A model generated the notes under the pieces. The model did no database searches and had not been told where the DNA came from. It saw nothing but the letters and a program-made list of their open reading frames with translations. The translations under genes and the position numbers were made by a program. Shown here in pieces: positions 30,869-43,380 of a stretch of DNA of 64,000 nucleotides (positions are counted from its first letter, which is position 1; each line of letters opens with the position of its first letter). The stretch lies in contig CAINDP010000091.1 of assembly GCA_903847405.1 (NCBI GenBank), positions 789 through 64,788 on the forward strand, written 5' to 3'. Origin of the DNA: an uncultured Myxococcales bacterium. Lineage in GTDB: Bacteria > Myxococcota_A > UBA9042 > DTJE01.

Positions 30869-30881
30869 CGGTCCCTCCGTC

Positions 30882-31706
30882 CTACTTCGAGCGCCGCTTG
30901 ACGATCAGGCGGTCGGTGCTCTTGTTGTGACGCGTCTTGTAACCCTTGGTCGGCCGGCCCCAGGGAGTCGTCGGGTGACGTCCACCGGAGGTCTTGCCTT
31001 CGCCACCGCCCATCGGGTGATCGACGGGGTTCATCACGACGCCGCGGCTCTGGGGGCGGATGCCCTTCCAGCGGTTGCGGCCCGCCTTGCCGATCGAAAC
31101 GTTCTCGTGCTCGGGGTTGCTGACGTCACCGATGGTGGCGCGGCACTCCTCCCGAACCTTGCGCAGCTCGCCCGAGGGCAGGCGGAGCAGCGCGTAACCG
31201 GCCTCGCGGGCCATCAACTGCGCGGAGCCGCCGGCGGACCGGACGAGCTGGGCGCCGTGGCCGGGCTTCAGTTCCACACAGTGGATCATCGTGCCCTGCG
31301 GGATCGCGGTCAGGGGAAGCTGGTTGCCCGGGCGGATTTCCGCATGGGCTGCAGCCATCAGGGTGTCACCGACCTTCACTTCGCGAGGGGCGATGATGTA
31401 GCGCTTCTCGCCGTCCACGTAGTTCAGCAGACAGATGCGCGCGCTGCGGTTCGGGTCGTATTCGATTTCCGCCACGACCGCCGGCACGCCGACCTTGTCG
31501 CGCTTGAAATCGATGACACGGAACAGCTTCTTGTGCCCGCCGCCCTTGTGCCTGGAGGTGATCCGGCCGTACGAGTTGTGGCCGACCTTCCGGGTGTTCT
31601 TCGCGACCAGGGAACGCTCGGGGCCGTTCCGCGTGATGTCGGAGAAGTCGTACCCTTCCGCCGAGCGCCGGCCGGCTGAGGTCGGCTTGTACTTGATGAT
31701 GCCCAT
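30882..31706 (-). CDS. rplB: 50S ribosomal protein L2
   Basis: [14 protein letters not shown] and [23 protein letters not shown]. Confidence 0.95.
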   Translation of the reverse strand: MGIIKYKPTSAGRRSAEGYDFSDITRNGPERSLVAKNTRKVGHNSYGRITSRHKGGGHKKLFRVIDFKRDKVGVPAVVAEIEYDPNRSARICLLNYVDGEKRYIIAPREVKVGDTLMAAAHAEIRPGNQLPLTAIPQGTMIHCVELKPGHGAQLVRSAGGSAQLMAREAGYALLRLPSGELRKVREECRATIGDVSNPEHENVSIGKAGRNRWKGIRPQSRGVVMNPVDHPMGGGEGKTSGGRHPTTPWGRPTKGYKTRHNKSTDRLIVKRRSK

Positions 31707-31733
31707 CGTTCGCGCTCCTTCCTCGCCCCGGTA

Positions 31734-32024
31734 CTACTGGGCCTCGAAGATGTCGATCGTTTCGCCCGCTTTGAGCGTCACGATGGCCTTCTTCCACGTC
31801 GCACGCTTGCCGACGAAACGGCCCATCCGCTTTTCCTTGCCCCGGACGATCTGGGTCCGCACGCCTTCGACGTGGACCTTGAACACCGTGGCAACCGCTT
31901 CCGCGATTTCCTGGCGGTTCGTCGTCACCGGGACCTCGAAGTGGAACGTGTTGCGACGTTCCTTGTCGATGTTGGCCTTCTCGGTGATGAGAGGCCGACG
32001 AATCACGTCGTACGCACTCTTCAT
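31734..32024 (-). CDS. rplW: 50S ribosomal protein L23
   Basis: VIRRPLITEKA...TFHFEV...VFKVHVEGVRT. Confidence 0.95.
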   Translation of the reverse strand: MKSAYDVIRRPLITEKANIDKERRNTFHFEVPVTTNRQEIAEAVATVFKVHVEGVRTQIVRGKEKRMGRFVGKRATWKKAIVTLKAGETIDIFEAQ

Positions 32025-32641
32025 GGCAGCATCGCTCCTTCGATCGCCTCGACGGCGCCCCGGGTCAGGACCAGGTGGTCGTACTTGAGCACGTCGAAGA
32101 GGTTCAACCCCTTCGAGCTCAGGTACTTGGCCGTCGGCACGTTCCGGCAGGACAGGGACAGTTCCCGGTTGGTCACGTCGACCAGCAGGGCCGAACTCAA
32201 CTCGAAGCGGCCGAGGAACTCGACCACCTTCTTCGTCTTGATCGCGTCCATCGCCAGCGTCTCGATGACCAGAAGGTGGCCCTCGCGCATCCGGTCGGAC
32301 AGGGCCGACAGCAGCGCGGCGCGCTTGACCTTCTTCGGTACCTTCATTTCCCAGTCACGGGGCATCGGTCCGAAAACCACGCCGCCGCGACGGTAGGTCG
32401 GCGACCGGCTATCGCCGTGGCGAGAGCGGCCGCTGCCCTTCTGCTTGAGGACCTTGCGGGTCGAGCCGGCAACCTCGTCACGCTTCTTGGTCTTCACGGT
32501 GCCCTGGCGCTTCGACAGCAGCTGGGCCTTGACGACCTCGTGATAGAGGTGCGAGCAGGACTCGGCCGCGAAGACCTCGTCCGACAACGCGATCTCGCCA
32601 ACCTTGCGGCGCGAGATGTCGAAAATTTCCACGTTCGGCAT
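32021..32641 (-). CDS. rplD: 50S ribosomal protein L4
   Basis: KQKGSGRSRHGDSRSPTYRGGGVVFGP. The start lies 17 nt after the rpsJ stop. Confidence 0.95.
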   Translation of the reverse strand: MPNVEIFDISRRKVGEIALSDEVFAAESCSHLYHEVVKAQLLSKRQGTVKTKKRDEVAGSTRKVLKQKGSGRSRHGDSRSPTYRRGGVVFGPMPRDWEMKVPKKVKRAALLSALSDRMREGHLLVIETLAMDAIKTKKVVEFLGRFELSSALLVDVTNRELSLSCRNVPTAKYLSSKGLNLFDVLKYDHLVLTRGAVEAIEGAMLP

Positions 32642-32658
32642 GATTCCCTCGTCCTCGC

Positions 32659-32967
<309 letters not shown>

Positions 32968-32969
32968 GG

Positions 32970-35063
<2,094 letters not shown>

Positions 35064-35096
35064 TAATCGACCATCCGTTCTAAACGACTACAACTG

Positions 35097-35567
35097 CTAC
35101 CAGCGGTAATGGGCGAAGGCCTTGTTGGCTTCCGCCATGCGGTGGGTATCGTCGCGCTTCTTGATCGCGTTGCCACGACCGTTGAAGGCGTCGATGATTT
35201 CCGCCGACAGCTTGTTCGAGAAACCCTTCTCGGAGCGGCCACGGGCATAACCGATCAGCCAGCGAATCGCCAGCGCGGTCTTCCGCTCGGGGCGGATCTC
35301 GACGGGCACCTGGTACGTGGCGCCGCCGACCCGTCGAGACTTGACCTCGACCTGGGGCTTCACGTTCTCCAGGGCACGCTTGAAGATCTTGAGCGGATCC
35401 TCGCGAGTCTTCTTCGCGATCTGATCCATGGAATCGTAGAAGATCCCCTCGGAGATCGACTTCTTGCCGCGAGTCATCAAGTAGTTGACGAACTTCGCAA
35501 CGAGCCAATCGTTGAACCTTGCGTCCGGGAGGATTTCCCGCTTCTCAACTACTCTGCGCCGCGGCAT
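35097..35567 (-). CDS. rpsG: 30S ribosomal protein S7
   Basis: ATG at 35567. [18 protein letters not shown] and KAFAHYRW. The long track ORF upstream is discounted. Confidence 0.95.
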   Translation of the reverse strand: MPRRRVVEKREILPDARFNDWLVAKFVNYLMTRGKKSISEGIFYDSMDQIAKKTREDPLKIFKRALENVKPQVEVKSRRVGGATYQVPVEIRPERKTALAIRWLIGYARGRSEKGFSNKLSAEIIDAFNGRGNAIKKRDDTHRMAEANKAFAHYRW

Positions 35568-35581
35568 CGGATGCCTCCGTA

Positions 35582-35962
35582 CTACTTCACGCCCTTGGGC
35601 TGCTTCGCGCCGTACTTCGAACGGCTGCGACGACGAGCGTCCACGCCCTTGGCATCCATCGTGCCGCGGACAATGTGGTAGCGCACGCCGGGGAGATCCT
35701 TGACGCGACCTCCGCGAACCAGCACCTGCGAGTGCTCGCTGAGGTTGTGGCCTTCGCCCGGGATATAGGCGATGACCTCGAAGCCGTTCGTCAAACGGAC
35801 CTTCGCAACCTTTCGCATGGCCGAGTTCGGCTTCTTGGGCGTCGTCGTGTAAACACGAGTGCAGACGCCTCGCCGCATCGGGCACTTGGCCAGTGCGGGG
35901 GACTTGGTCTTGTACTTCGCAGGGGTGCGTCCCTTGCGAACCAGCTGATTGACCGTCGGCAT
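35582..35962 (-). CDS. rpsL: 30S ribosomal protein S12
   Basis: ATG at 35962. [12 protein letters not shown]...[12 protein letters not shown]...[14 protein letters not shown]. Confidence 0.95.
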   Translation of the reverse strand: MPTVNQLVRKGRTPAKYKTKSPALAKCPMRRGVCTRVYTTTPKKPNSAMRKVAKVRLTNGFEVIAYIPGEGHNLSEHSQVLVRGGRVKDLPGVRYHIVRGTMDAKGVDARRRSRSKYGAKQPKGVK

Positions 35963-36039
35963 CGCTGTCTCCGTACGCGCCAGAGCCGCGTGTTCTCCAC
36001 CTGCGGTCAGGCAGGGTCTGCCCAATCGCGAGGAACGGT

Positions 36040-36067
36040 ATTCTAGGCTGTTTGGGCTGGGTGTCAA
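36040..36067 (-). promoter_or_regulatory. candidate sigma70-type promoter of the str/ribosomal operon
   Basis: On the minus strand: TTGACA (36067-36062), a 16-nt spacer, then TAGAAT (36045-36040). This gives a leader of about 70 nt to the rpsL ATG. Confidence 0.45.
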
Positions 36068-36176
36068 GCCGGATTTTTCTGCAGGTGCTGGAGTTGGGGG
36101 GCGGAGGCGATTGTGCCCCGTGTTTCGATCGGGTGTCAAGAGAGTCCGGCGGGGCGAGGGAGGGCGGGAAAGTCGT

Positions 36177-36202
36177 GGGAGAATGGCACTGTCCCCGTTT
36201 CC
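36177..36202. repeat. degenerate copy of the GGGGACAGACACC hairpin repeat (inverted orientation)
   Basis: GGGAGAATGGCACTGTCCCCGTTTCC compared with the reverse complement of the 58903 copy, GGAAATGGTGTCTGTCCCCATTTTCC. The blocks AATGG, TGTCCCC and TTTCC are shared. Confidence 0.35.
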
Positions 36203-36210
36203 GGCGCTCC

Positions 36211-36239
36211 TTGACAGGCGCCGGACCGCCTCCGAGAAT
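36211..36239 (+). promoter_or_regulatory. candidate sigma70-type promoter for the endonuclease I gene
   Basis: TTGACA (36211-36216), a 17-nt spacer, then GAGAAT (36234-36239), about 50 nt upstream of the GTG at 36291. Confidence 0.45.
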
Positions 36240-36290
36240 GCTGCGGCGGCCTGCCTGCCGCGCGGGCAGCATGCTGCCGAGGAGGCCCTG

Positions 36291-37376
36291 GTGGTCCGGA
36301 CGATCCCGTCGAACCTTTCGTCGTTGATCCTCTATATGGCGATCCTGGGAGCGTCCGCCTGCGGAGGCGGTACTTCGATCCTGGCTCCCGGGCATCGAGA
36401 CCTCCTGTTCGTCGATACGCCCGACGTCGTGGACGGCCCCCGGGAACTGGACCCGGGCGGCCTGCGGCCCGACGGCGAGGCGGTGGGCGAGGACGTGGCC
36501 CCGGCGGCCGACATGGCGGCCGAGGAAGGGGACGAGGCGGACACTGCGGCCGGCGATCCCGGACCGGACGATCCGGGACCGAGCGACCCCGGGCAGCCCG
36601 ATCCGGGCCCCGGGGATCCGGGCCCGGGGGACACGGGAAGCGTCGCCCCCTACACGGGCGTCTACGCGGGCCTGGAGGACGTCACGGGCACGGAACTGGC
36701 CCGCCGCCTGTGCGCGCTGGTGACCGACGGCTACGACTCGGTGGGCTACAGCACAGCGGGGGATCTGATCCGGGACGAAGTGGACAACTTCGGCGGCCGG
36801 CTGGAGGAAATCTATTCGGGCATCTGGCAGAACCCCGGCGGGCTGAACATGGAGCACACGTGGCCCCAGAGCAAGGGCGCCGACGGGATCGCCAAGAGCG
36901 ACATGTACCACTTGTATGCGTCGAACCCCGACTACAACAGCCCGCGCGGCAACCTCCCCTACGGCGACGTGACCGTGAAGGACTGGCCCGACGCCGCCGA
37001 CGAGGTCTGCAACCACGCCTGCACGGACGCCTTCCCGGGGCGGGCGGACGTGGGCTGCTGCAGCATCCGGGGCACGGACGGCAGCGGGCAGAAGGTGTTC
37101 GAGCCGCGGGACGCCCACAAGGGCAACGTGGCCCGGGCCGTGTTCTACTTCGCGTTGCGCTACGAGGGCTGCGAGCGGCCCAGCATCTCGGCGTACGACG
37201 GCTACGGCGCCTCCCATGCGGCGATCACGGAGGCGGTGCACAAGGAGTGGAACCGCCTGGACCCCCCCGATGCCGACGAGCGGGCCCGCAACCAGCGCAT
37301 CGAGGTGTACCAAAGGGTGCGAAACCCCTTCATCGACCACCCGGAATTCGCCGATCGAATCGATTTCACGCCGTAG
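36291..37376 (+). CDS. Endonuclease I family extracellular nuclease; lipoprotein with acidic D/P-rich linker
   Basis: GTG at 36291, 5 nt after GAGGAGG. Signal [27 protein letters not shown]. Motifs [41 protein letters not shown]. Start is uncertain (alternative ATGs at 36183 and 36336). Confidence 0.8.
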   Translation: MVRTIPSNLSSLILYMAILGASACGGGTSILAPGHRDLLFVDTPDVVDGPRELDPGGLRPDGEAVGEDVAPAADMAAEEGDEADTAAGDPGPDDPGPSDPGQPDPGPGDPGPGDTGSVAPYTGVYAGLEDVTGTELARRLCALVTDGYDSVGYSTAGDLIRDEVDNFGGRLEEIYSGIWQNPGGLNMEHTWPQSKGADGIAKSDMYHLYASNPDYNSPRGNLPYGDVTVKDWPDAADEVCNHACTDAFPGRADVGCCSIRGTDGSGQKVFEPRDAHKGNVARAVFYFALRYEGCERPSISAYDGYGASHAAITEAVHKEWNRLDPPDADERARNQRIEVYQRVRNPFIDHPEFADRIDFTP

Positions 37377-37404
37377 GAAAAATGGGGGCCGCGGGAGAGG
37401 CAGG

Positions 37405-37956
37405 CTAGCCGAGAGCCCGGCCGAGGTCAGCGTGGGGGGCGGGGATGAGTTCGCTGCGCAGCAGGAGCCCGGACTCGACCGCAGCGACGCCGGCGGCCAG
37501 GGCGGCCTCGACCGAATCCTGCTGGCCGGTGAGGGTCACGTAGGCCTTCCCGCCCAGGCCCGTGCCCAGGCGAATCTCGATCAGCGTGACTTCGGCGGCC
37601 TTGCAGGCGGCATCGGCGGCCAGGACCGTGCCTACCACGCTGAAGGTTTCGATGATTCCTACCGCCATCAGGCCCGGAAGCGGCTGGACCGCGGCCATCG
37701 CAGGCAGGACCTGGGGATGGATGTTCGGGATCACCAGGCTGTCCACGAGGTACGCGCCCGCGTAGTGCACGCCCGTCGCCATGGACAGCGCGACCGACTC
37801 CTCGTCGCCCGCGATCAGCACGATGTACTTGCCCGGGCAGACCGTCTGGGAGTGGACGACCCGCACCGCGGCCCGCTTGGCCATGGCGTCGGTCGCCACG
37901 ATCCCGCGGGCGATGCTGGTCAGTTCCAGGAGGCCGATGGCGGTGATGTCGCTCAT
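37405..37956 (-). CDS. pduT: PduT-like tandem-BMC-domain (BMC-T) microcompartment shell protein
   Basis: ATG at 37956. Two BMC domains ([24 protein letters not shown] and [24 protein letters not shown]). TVCPGKY Cys at the PduT Fe-S position. [14 protein letters not shown] and [11 protein letters not shown] match my recollection of Salmonella PduT. Confidence 0.8.
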   Translation of the reverse strand: MSDITAIGLLELTSIARGIVATDAMAKRAAVRVVHSQTVCPGKYIVLIAGDEESVALSMATGVHYAGAYLVDSLVIPNIHPQVLPAMAAVQPLPGLMAVGIIETFSVVGTVLAADAACKAAEVTLIEIRLGTGLGGKAYVTLTGQQDSVEAALAAGVAAVESGLLLRSELIPAPHADLGRALG

Positions 37957-39280
37957 GGGGCCCTCTCGATGCGGATGGAACGATCGTCGACGAAGGACAC
38001 GACGCCGCCGATGGAGGCGTGGAGCCGAGCCCCCAGGGCGCCTGCGGGGATGTCGGCCACCAACTGGCCGCGCACCACGCGATCGCCCTTGCGGACGCAC
38101 GCACGGACGGCGCCCCGACGTGCTGCTTCAGCAGCAGGCGCACCTCCCACGGATCCGGCACCGGCACGATGGCGCCCTCGTGGGGGGGGACGTAGTCCGT
38201 GAGGTTCAGCCGCAGGGCCACGCGGGGCTTGGGCGCCCGGGCCCAGGCCTGGGCCTCCAGGGCCGCCTCGGGACGGTTGCGGTAGGGATTGGGCGTCCTG
38301 GCTGCCCCGACGCGCCCCCGGTACTCGCCCAGGATGTGGCGGGGCGACAGGCCCATCGTGCAGGCGTACACCTCGCACACCCCGCACTGGCTGCACAGGT
38401 AGCCCATCGCCAGGACGTCCGGCGGCACTTCCCACCCGGCCAGGGCCGCCCGCATCGCCAGGTGCGGCCGGATGCGATGGCCCAGCAGCGCCCGCGGGCA
38501 CATGTCGGTGCAGGTGCGGCACTGGCAGCAGGCCGCGGTGGCGCGACGCAGGTGGGTCGCGGTGGAGATCTTCCGGGACGTGACGACCGGGTGGTCCAGG
38601 GGCAGGACCAGGTACCCGGAGGTGGTCTTGGTGACGGGGTGGTCCAGGTCCGGCAACAGCCAGCCCATCATCGGACCGCCCTCGATCACGGCGACGTCGG
38701 CCCGCAGCGCGCCGCCGGCAGCGGCGATCACCTCGGCGGCCGACGTGCCGATGGGCGCCTCGTAGACCCCCGGACGCGCCACTTCGCCGGCGACCGTGAT
38801 GGGACGCGTGATGACCGGCCGGCCGTCCAGCGCGCGCCGGACGTTCAGCAGGGTCGCGACGTTCTGGACGACGACGCCGACTTCCAGGGGGATGCCGCCT
38901 TCGGGGACCACGCGACGCGTGACCTCGTGGACCAGGACGTGCTCGTCGCCGGCGGGGTAGAAGTCGTCCAGCAGGAACAGTTCGACCTCAGGGCCGTCCT
39001 TCAGAAGGGGAAGGACGCGCGAAATCACGGGGTGGTAGTGGCGCTTGACGGCCAGAACACGCCGGCGGGCCCCGACGGCGTCGGCCGCCAGGCGAAGGCC
39101 TTCGAGGATGGCTTCGGCGTGGGCGATCGTCACCCACTGGTCGGTGACCAGGACCGGCTCGCACTCGGCGCCGTTGGCGATGAAGGTGTCGGCACGGGCC
39201 GCCAGCTTGACGTGCGTGGGGAATCCCGCCCCGCCCGCGCCAACGACCCCCGCCTCTCGCACCCGATCTGCCAGCGTCAC
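37953..39280 (-). pseudogene. pduS: PduS-like Fe-S flavoprotein (RnfC/NuoF-like; cobalamin reductase family), reading frame broken near 38101
   Basis: GTG at 39280. Motifs GVVGAGGAGFPTHVKL, ANGAECEPVL, CCQCRTCTDMCP, CSQCGVCEVYAC. The frame runs up to LLLKQHVGAPSV. The conserved C-terminus CVRKGDRVVRGQLVADIPAGALGARLHASIGGVV then continues in another frame and ends in an ATGA overlap with pduT. Confidence 0.75.
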
Positions 39281-39373
39281 GCAACAAGCCCCGTCCGGCC
39301 CCGGGCGCGGAGTGTAGCAGAAGGGGGACGTCCCGTGGTATCGATCCGAGCGTCTGCTGCTGGATGCCCCGCC

Positions 39374-39952
39374 ATGTGGGAATGGTACCTGTCGATCGTC
39401 ACCGAACATCCCTTCGCCGCCGCGGCGGTGCAGTTCGCCCTGCTGGGAACGGTCGGGGAGTTGCTGTCCACGCGCATCCGGGACGGATCCTGGGGCGCGA
39501 TGCTGCACCCCCCCCGCATGGCCCTGAAGGCCATCGGCTGGGCGCTGCTGGGCATCTACGTCAAGGTGATGTTCCTGACCGCGTCGGCCGGCGTGAAGGC
39601 CCTGGCGGACTTCGGGGCGCTGCCCCTGGCGGCGGCGGCCCCGGACGGCACGCTGGAACTGATCCTGGCCGCGTTCGCCGCCTCCGCGCTGATGAACGTC
39701 ATGCTGGGGCCGTCGATGATGGTCCTGCACCGGGGGGCGGACAACGCCATCGACCGGGTGCTGGGCGCCGTCCCGGCGGGCTGGCGAGGCCTGGACAAGG
39801 GCATGCTGACCCTGCTGTGGCTGTGGATCCCGCTGCATACGATCACGTTCACCCAGCCCCGGGAGATCCGGATCGGGATCGCCGCCGTGCTGTCCATGGT
39901 CCTGGGCGTCGTGATGGGATGGACCAACCGGCGGGCGCCCGTCCGCGCTTGA
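39374..39952 (+). CDS. integral membrane protein of unknown function, divergent from pduS
   Basis: ATG at 39374 (MWEWYLSIVTEHPFAAAAVQFALLG...). About 5 hydrophobic segments. GC3-rich frame. 192 aa. Confidence 0.6.
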   Translation: MWEWYLSIVTEHPFAAAAVQFALLGTVGELLSTRIRDGSWGAMLHPPRMALKAIGWALLGIYVKVMFLTASAGVKALADFGALPLAAAAPDGTLELILAAFAASALMNVMLGPSMMVLHRGADNAIDRVLGAVPAGWRGLDKGMLTLLWLWIPLHTITFTQPREIRIGIAAVLSMVLGVVMGWTNRRAPVRA

Positions 39953-40014
39953 TGGCACCCCTCCCGGGATTGGCCTCCGTGCGTGCGATCCTCGGCAACC
40001 CCCGGTTTTTCCCC

Positions 40015-40041
40015 TTGCATCATGGACCGTTCTTGTAGAAT
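40015..40041 (+). promoter_or_regulatory. weak candidate promoter for the 40092 lipoprotein gene
   Basis: TTGCAT (40015-40020), a 15-nt spacer, then TAGAAT (40036-40041), within an AT-enriched patch. The spacer is shorter than optimal. Confidence 0.25.
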
Positions 40042-40091
40042 GATGCGGCCCTCGGAGTCCAGGGTACGGATCCGTCGCGGAGGTGTGTTCC

Positions 40092-43000
40092 ATGAAGATC
40101 GCTCGCTACCTGGTGTTGGGACTGATGGCGGCCATGCTGGCCGGTCCGGGGAACGTCGGCTGCTCGTGCAAGGACTCGGGGGGATCGGTCGCCGACGACC
40201 TGGATCTGACCTGGGCGCCCAGCAACCTCCCCTTCGGAACGGTGGCCCTGGGCAACACCAAGACGCTCACCGTCACGCTGAGGCACAACGGGACGTCCGG
40301 CACGATCCAGCTCAGCAACCTCTTCCTCGAGGACCTCAGCGAGGAATTCACCTTCGAACCCCCGTCCAAGCTGTCGCTGGCGGTGGGCGAGGAGGTCGTC
40401 GTCAAGGTGACCTACACCCCGCTCAGCGCGACCTCCAGCTACGGCTTCCTGGTCATCGAGAACAACGTCGCCTCCCTGGGCGGCGTGGCCCGCATTCCCG
40501 TGACCGCCAACGGCCAGGTCGGCGAAATCCTGGTCAACCCGAACCCGATCGACTTCGGGCAGGTGGACACGGGCGACAGCCTGATGCTGGACGTGATCGT
40601 GACGAACACCGGGTCCGACTCGGTCGTGCTGAACGCGATGTCCCTGCGCCTGGACGGCAGCGCCGACTTCACCATCGAGGCCGTCAACCTGCCCGACAGC
40701 AAGGTGATGCCCTACACGCTGGCCCCGACCGAGTCCATCGGCCTGGTCATCAAGTACGCGCCGACCGGCGGCGGCAACGACACCTCCACGCTGGTCATCG
40801 AGGGCGACACCCAGGGCACCTACGCCGTGTGGTCCTTCGACGTCCTGGGCGAGGAGATGGGCCCCCTGCTGGTGGCCAGCCCCGGCCAACTGGACTTCCA
40901 GTACGTGCCGCTGAACAGCGAAAAGACCCTGCTGCTGAACGTCGCGAACACCGGGAACGCCGAACTGGTGATCCCGAAGGACGGCCTGTCCCTGTGGATG
41001 AACTCGGACCCGAACATCGTCATCAAGAACCCGCCGACGGCCGACGTCAAGATCGCCCCCGGCGCCTCGTACGACTACACGATCGGCTGGACCTCCGTCG
41101 CGGTCACCGTGGATGACGGCAAGCCGATCGGCCAGTTGATGATCGCCAGCAACGACGTGTCCCACAGCCCGATGCCCATCCCCGTCTACGGCCGGCCCGA
41201 CGCGCCCATCCTGGTCGTCATCCCCGACGCGGTCGACATGAGCTTCGGCGCCATGATGACGCCGGTCTACCGCACGGTCACGATGCGCAACGACGGCAGC
41301 GCCATGTTGAACGTGGTCAGCCTGGCCATCGTTGACGCGTCGGACACGACCTACGGCGACGAGTTCGCGATCGTCCACGGCAACACCACCGCCGCGACCA
41401 TCGGCGCCTTCGGGATCCCCGGAGCCGGTGCGCCCGGGGCGGCGAACTCGGATTCCGTCCAGATCAAGTTCACGAACAAGGCCCCCAAGGAAAAGAAGGG
41501 CCAGTGCCTGACGGCCAAGATGCGGATCGTGTCCAACTACGCGGGCCACGAAACGGTGGACGTCCCGATTTCCGTCTGCCGCTCGGACGCCCCGGTGTGC
41601 AACATCGCGATGGTCCCGGCCGGCATCAATTTCGGGACCGTGCCGATCGGCTTCCCGAAGGAACTGCCCGTCAACATCGTGAACATCGGAACCGGCAACT
41701 GCACGTTCCAGAACGCCAAGATCCAGGACTGCACCAGCGGGTTCCTGGGCGGCGCAACCTGTACCGCACCGAACTTCTCGGGCGGCTCCTCGGCGATCTT
41801 CAAGTTGTCGAACCTGCCCCCGGTCACCGCGGGCGGGATCACTCCCGGCATGACGCACACGATGACCGTGCGGTTCAACCCGCCCAGCGCCACTCCCCTG
41901 TTCGGCCTGCTGAACCAGTACTCCGCGGTGCTGGGGATCCAGGTCAAGGACGTCGTCCTGGGAACCACCATCGTGCTGCCCAAGGCCCCCACGTCGGGCG
42001 CCTACCTGGCCAACGTCATGGGCTCCTCGGGCATCGCCAAGATCAGCGTGCTCCCCGGCGAACTGAAGTTCGGCGTCACGACGATCGGCTGCTTCAGCAA
42101 GACCTACAAGGTCTGCGTGTACAACTCGGGCAACGCCCCACTGATGGTCACCGACATCCGCCTGGTCGGCTGCTCGCCCGAGTTCAAGGTCAAGAACATC
42201 CCGGCCCTGCCGATGGCCGTGCCGAACGGCGCGCCGAAGTGCATCGAGGCGGTGTACGCGCCGCAGGACGAGGGCCCGGACACCTGCTCCATGCAGATCG
42301 ACGCCACGGACACGTCGTCGCCGACCGTCGCCGTGAAACTGTCGGGCGCAGGGACCTATGACACCCACCAGACGGACGAATTCACGCAGGTCACGGGCCA
42401 GGAAGTCGACATCCTCTGGATCATCGACGACTCGGGCTCCATGTGCGAGGAACAGACCCGCCTGAACTCGTCGTTCAGCGACTTCATCGCCCAGGCGAAC
42501 GTCTGGAAGAACGACTTCCACCTGGGCGGCATCAGCGTCAACGTCACGGACGAGGCGGTCATCGGTCGCCTGAACCGGGGCGACAAGTCGATCACTCCGC
42601 GGTACATGACCAAGACCAACGGCGGATCCTTCGCCAAGTTGACCATGTACGGGTGCGACGGCGGCTCGGACTCGCAGGAAGCCGGCATGCAGGCGGCCCA
42701 GACCGCCCTGTCGGCCCCGCTGGCCACCGATACGGGCGTCGTCTGCGGCAGCGACACCGACTGCGCAAACGACGCGAACATCTGCCCGGATCCGGCGACA
42801 TGCTCCTACAAGTGCGTCGACGGGAAGTGCGGCGGCTTCAACGCCGGCTTCCTGCGCGACGGGGCGCAGTTGGAGATGGTCGTCCTGTCCGACGAGGAGG
42901 ACCAGTCGTCCGGCGGGCTGCCCTTCTACGTCGATTTCTTCAAGAACATCAAGGGCTGGTACAACGTCGACATGATGCACTTCAACGCCATCGTCGGCAT

Positions 43001-43373
43001 CGACGGCGTGCCGAACTCCGGCAGCGAAAGCGCCTGCGTGTCGTCGGACGGCGGCACGGCGGATTCGGGCGATCGGTACCTCCAGGTGGCCACGGAAACG
43101 AAGGGCCTGTCGGGCTCGATCTGCGAGTCGTCCTACTCGAAGATCATGAACGAGATCGGAAACCTCACGTTCCATCCGAAACTTCAGTTCTTCCTGTCGC
43201 GCCTGGCGGACCCGGCGACCGTGACGGTCAAGGTGAACGGGACTGCGTGCACCTCGGGCTGGCGCTACGACGCGCCGTCCAACTCGATCATCTTCGACCC
43301 GGCGGCCGCGTGCATGCCCGGCCCGGGTGACAAGGTCGTGATCGACTACGAAACGCTCTGCCTGACGTCGTAG
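40092..43373 (+). CDS. giant lipoprotein with tandem HYDIN/choice-of-anchor-D-like Ig repeats and a C-terminal vWA-like domain
   Basis: ATG at 40092 after GGAGG. Signal MKIARYLVLGLMAAMLAGPGNVGC. At least 6 repeats of the type L.F..V..G....L.V.V.N.G...L. A MIDAS-like motif DILWIIDDSGSM. Confidence 0.8.
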   Translation: MKIARYLVLGLMAAMLAGPGNVGCSCKDSGGSVADDLDLTWAPSNLPFGTVALGNTKTLTVTLRHNGTSGTIQLSNLFLEDLSEEFTFEPPSKLSLAVGEEVVVKVTYTPLSATSSYGFLVIENNVASLGGVARIPVTANGQVGEILVNPNPIDFGQVDTGDSLMLDVIVTNTGSDSVVLNAMSLRLDGSADFTIEAVNLPDSKVMPYTLAPTESIGLVIKYAPTGGGNDTSTLVIEGDTQGTYAVWSFDVLGEEMGPLLVASPGQLDFQYVPLNSEKTLLLNVANTGNAELVIPKDGLSLWMNSDPNIVIKNPPTADVKIAPGASYDYTIGWTSVAVTVDDGKPIGQLMIASNDVSHSPMPIPVYGRPDAPILVVIPDAVDMSFGAMMTPVYRTVTMRNDGSAMLNVVSLAIVDASDTTYGDEFAIVHGNTTAATIGAFGIPGAGAPGAANSDSVQIKFTNKAPKEKKGQCLTAKMRIVSNYAGHETVDVPISVCRSDAPVCNIAMVPAGINFGTVPIGFPKELPVNIVNIGTGNCTFQNAKIQDCTSGFLGGATCTAPNFSGGSSAIFKLSNLPPVTAGGITPGMTHTMTVRFNPPSATPLFGLLNQYSAVLGIQVKDVVLGTTIVLPKAPTSGAYLANVMGSSGIAKISVLPGELKFGVTTIGCFSKTYKVCVYNSGNAPLMVTDIRLVGCSPEFKVKNIPALPMAVPNGAPKCIEAVYAPQDEGPDTCSMQIDATDTSSPTVAVKLSGAGTYDTHQTDEFTQVTGQEVDILWIIDDSGSMCEEQTRLNSSFSDFIAQANVWKNDFHLGGISVNVTDEAVIGRLNRGDKSITPRYMTKTNGGSFAKLTMYGCDGGSDSQEAGMQAAQTALSAPLATDTGVVCGSDTDCANDANICPDPATCSYKCVDGKCGGFNAGFLRDGAQLEMVVLSDEEDQSSGGLPFYVDFFKNIKGWYNVDMMHFNAIVGIDGVPNSGSESACVSSDGGTADSGDRYLQVATETKGLSGSICESSYSKIMNEIGNLTFHPKLQFFLSRLADPATVTVKVNGTACTSGWRYDAPSNSIIFDPAAACMPGPGDKVVIDYETLCLTS

Positions 43374-43380
43374 CGCGCTT

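Noticed and set aside
37427-38100. Continuation of the first pduS frame as an open frame across the whole pduT gene, making an apparent 888-aa ORF (37427..40093).
   Set aside because: Past about 38101, the translation loses all PduS similarity and becomes Arg/Pro/Gly junk. The conserved PduS C-terminus and the pduT protein are in other frames.
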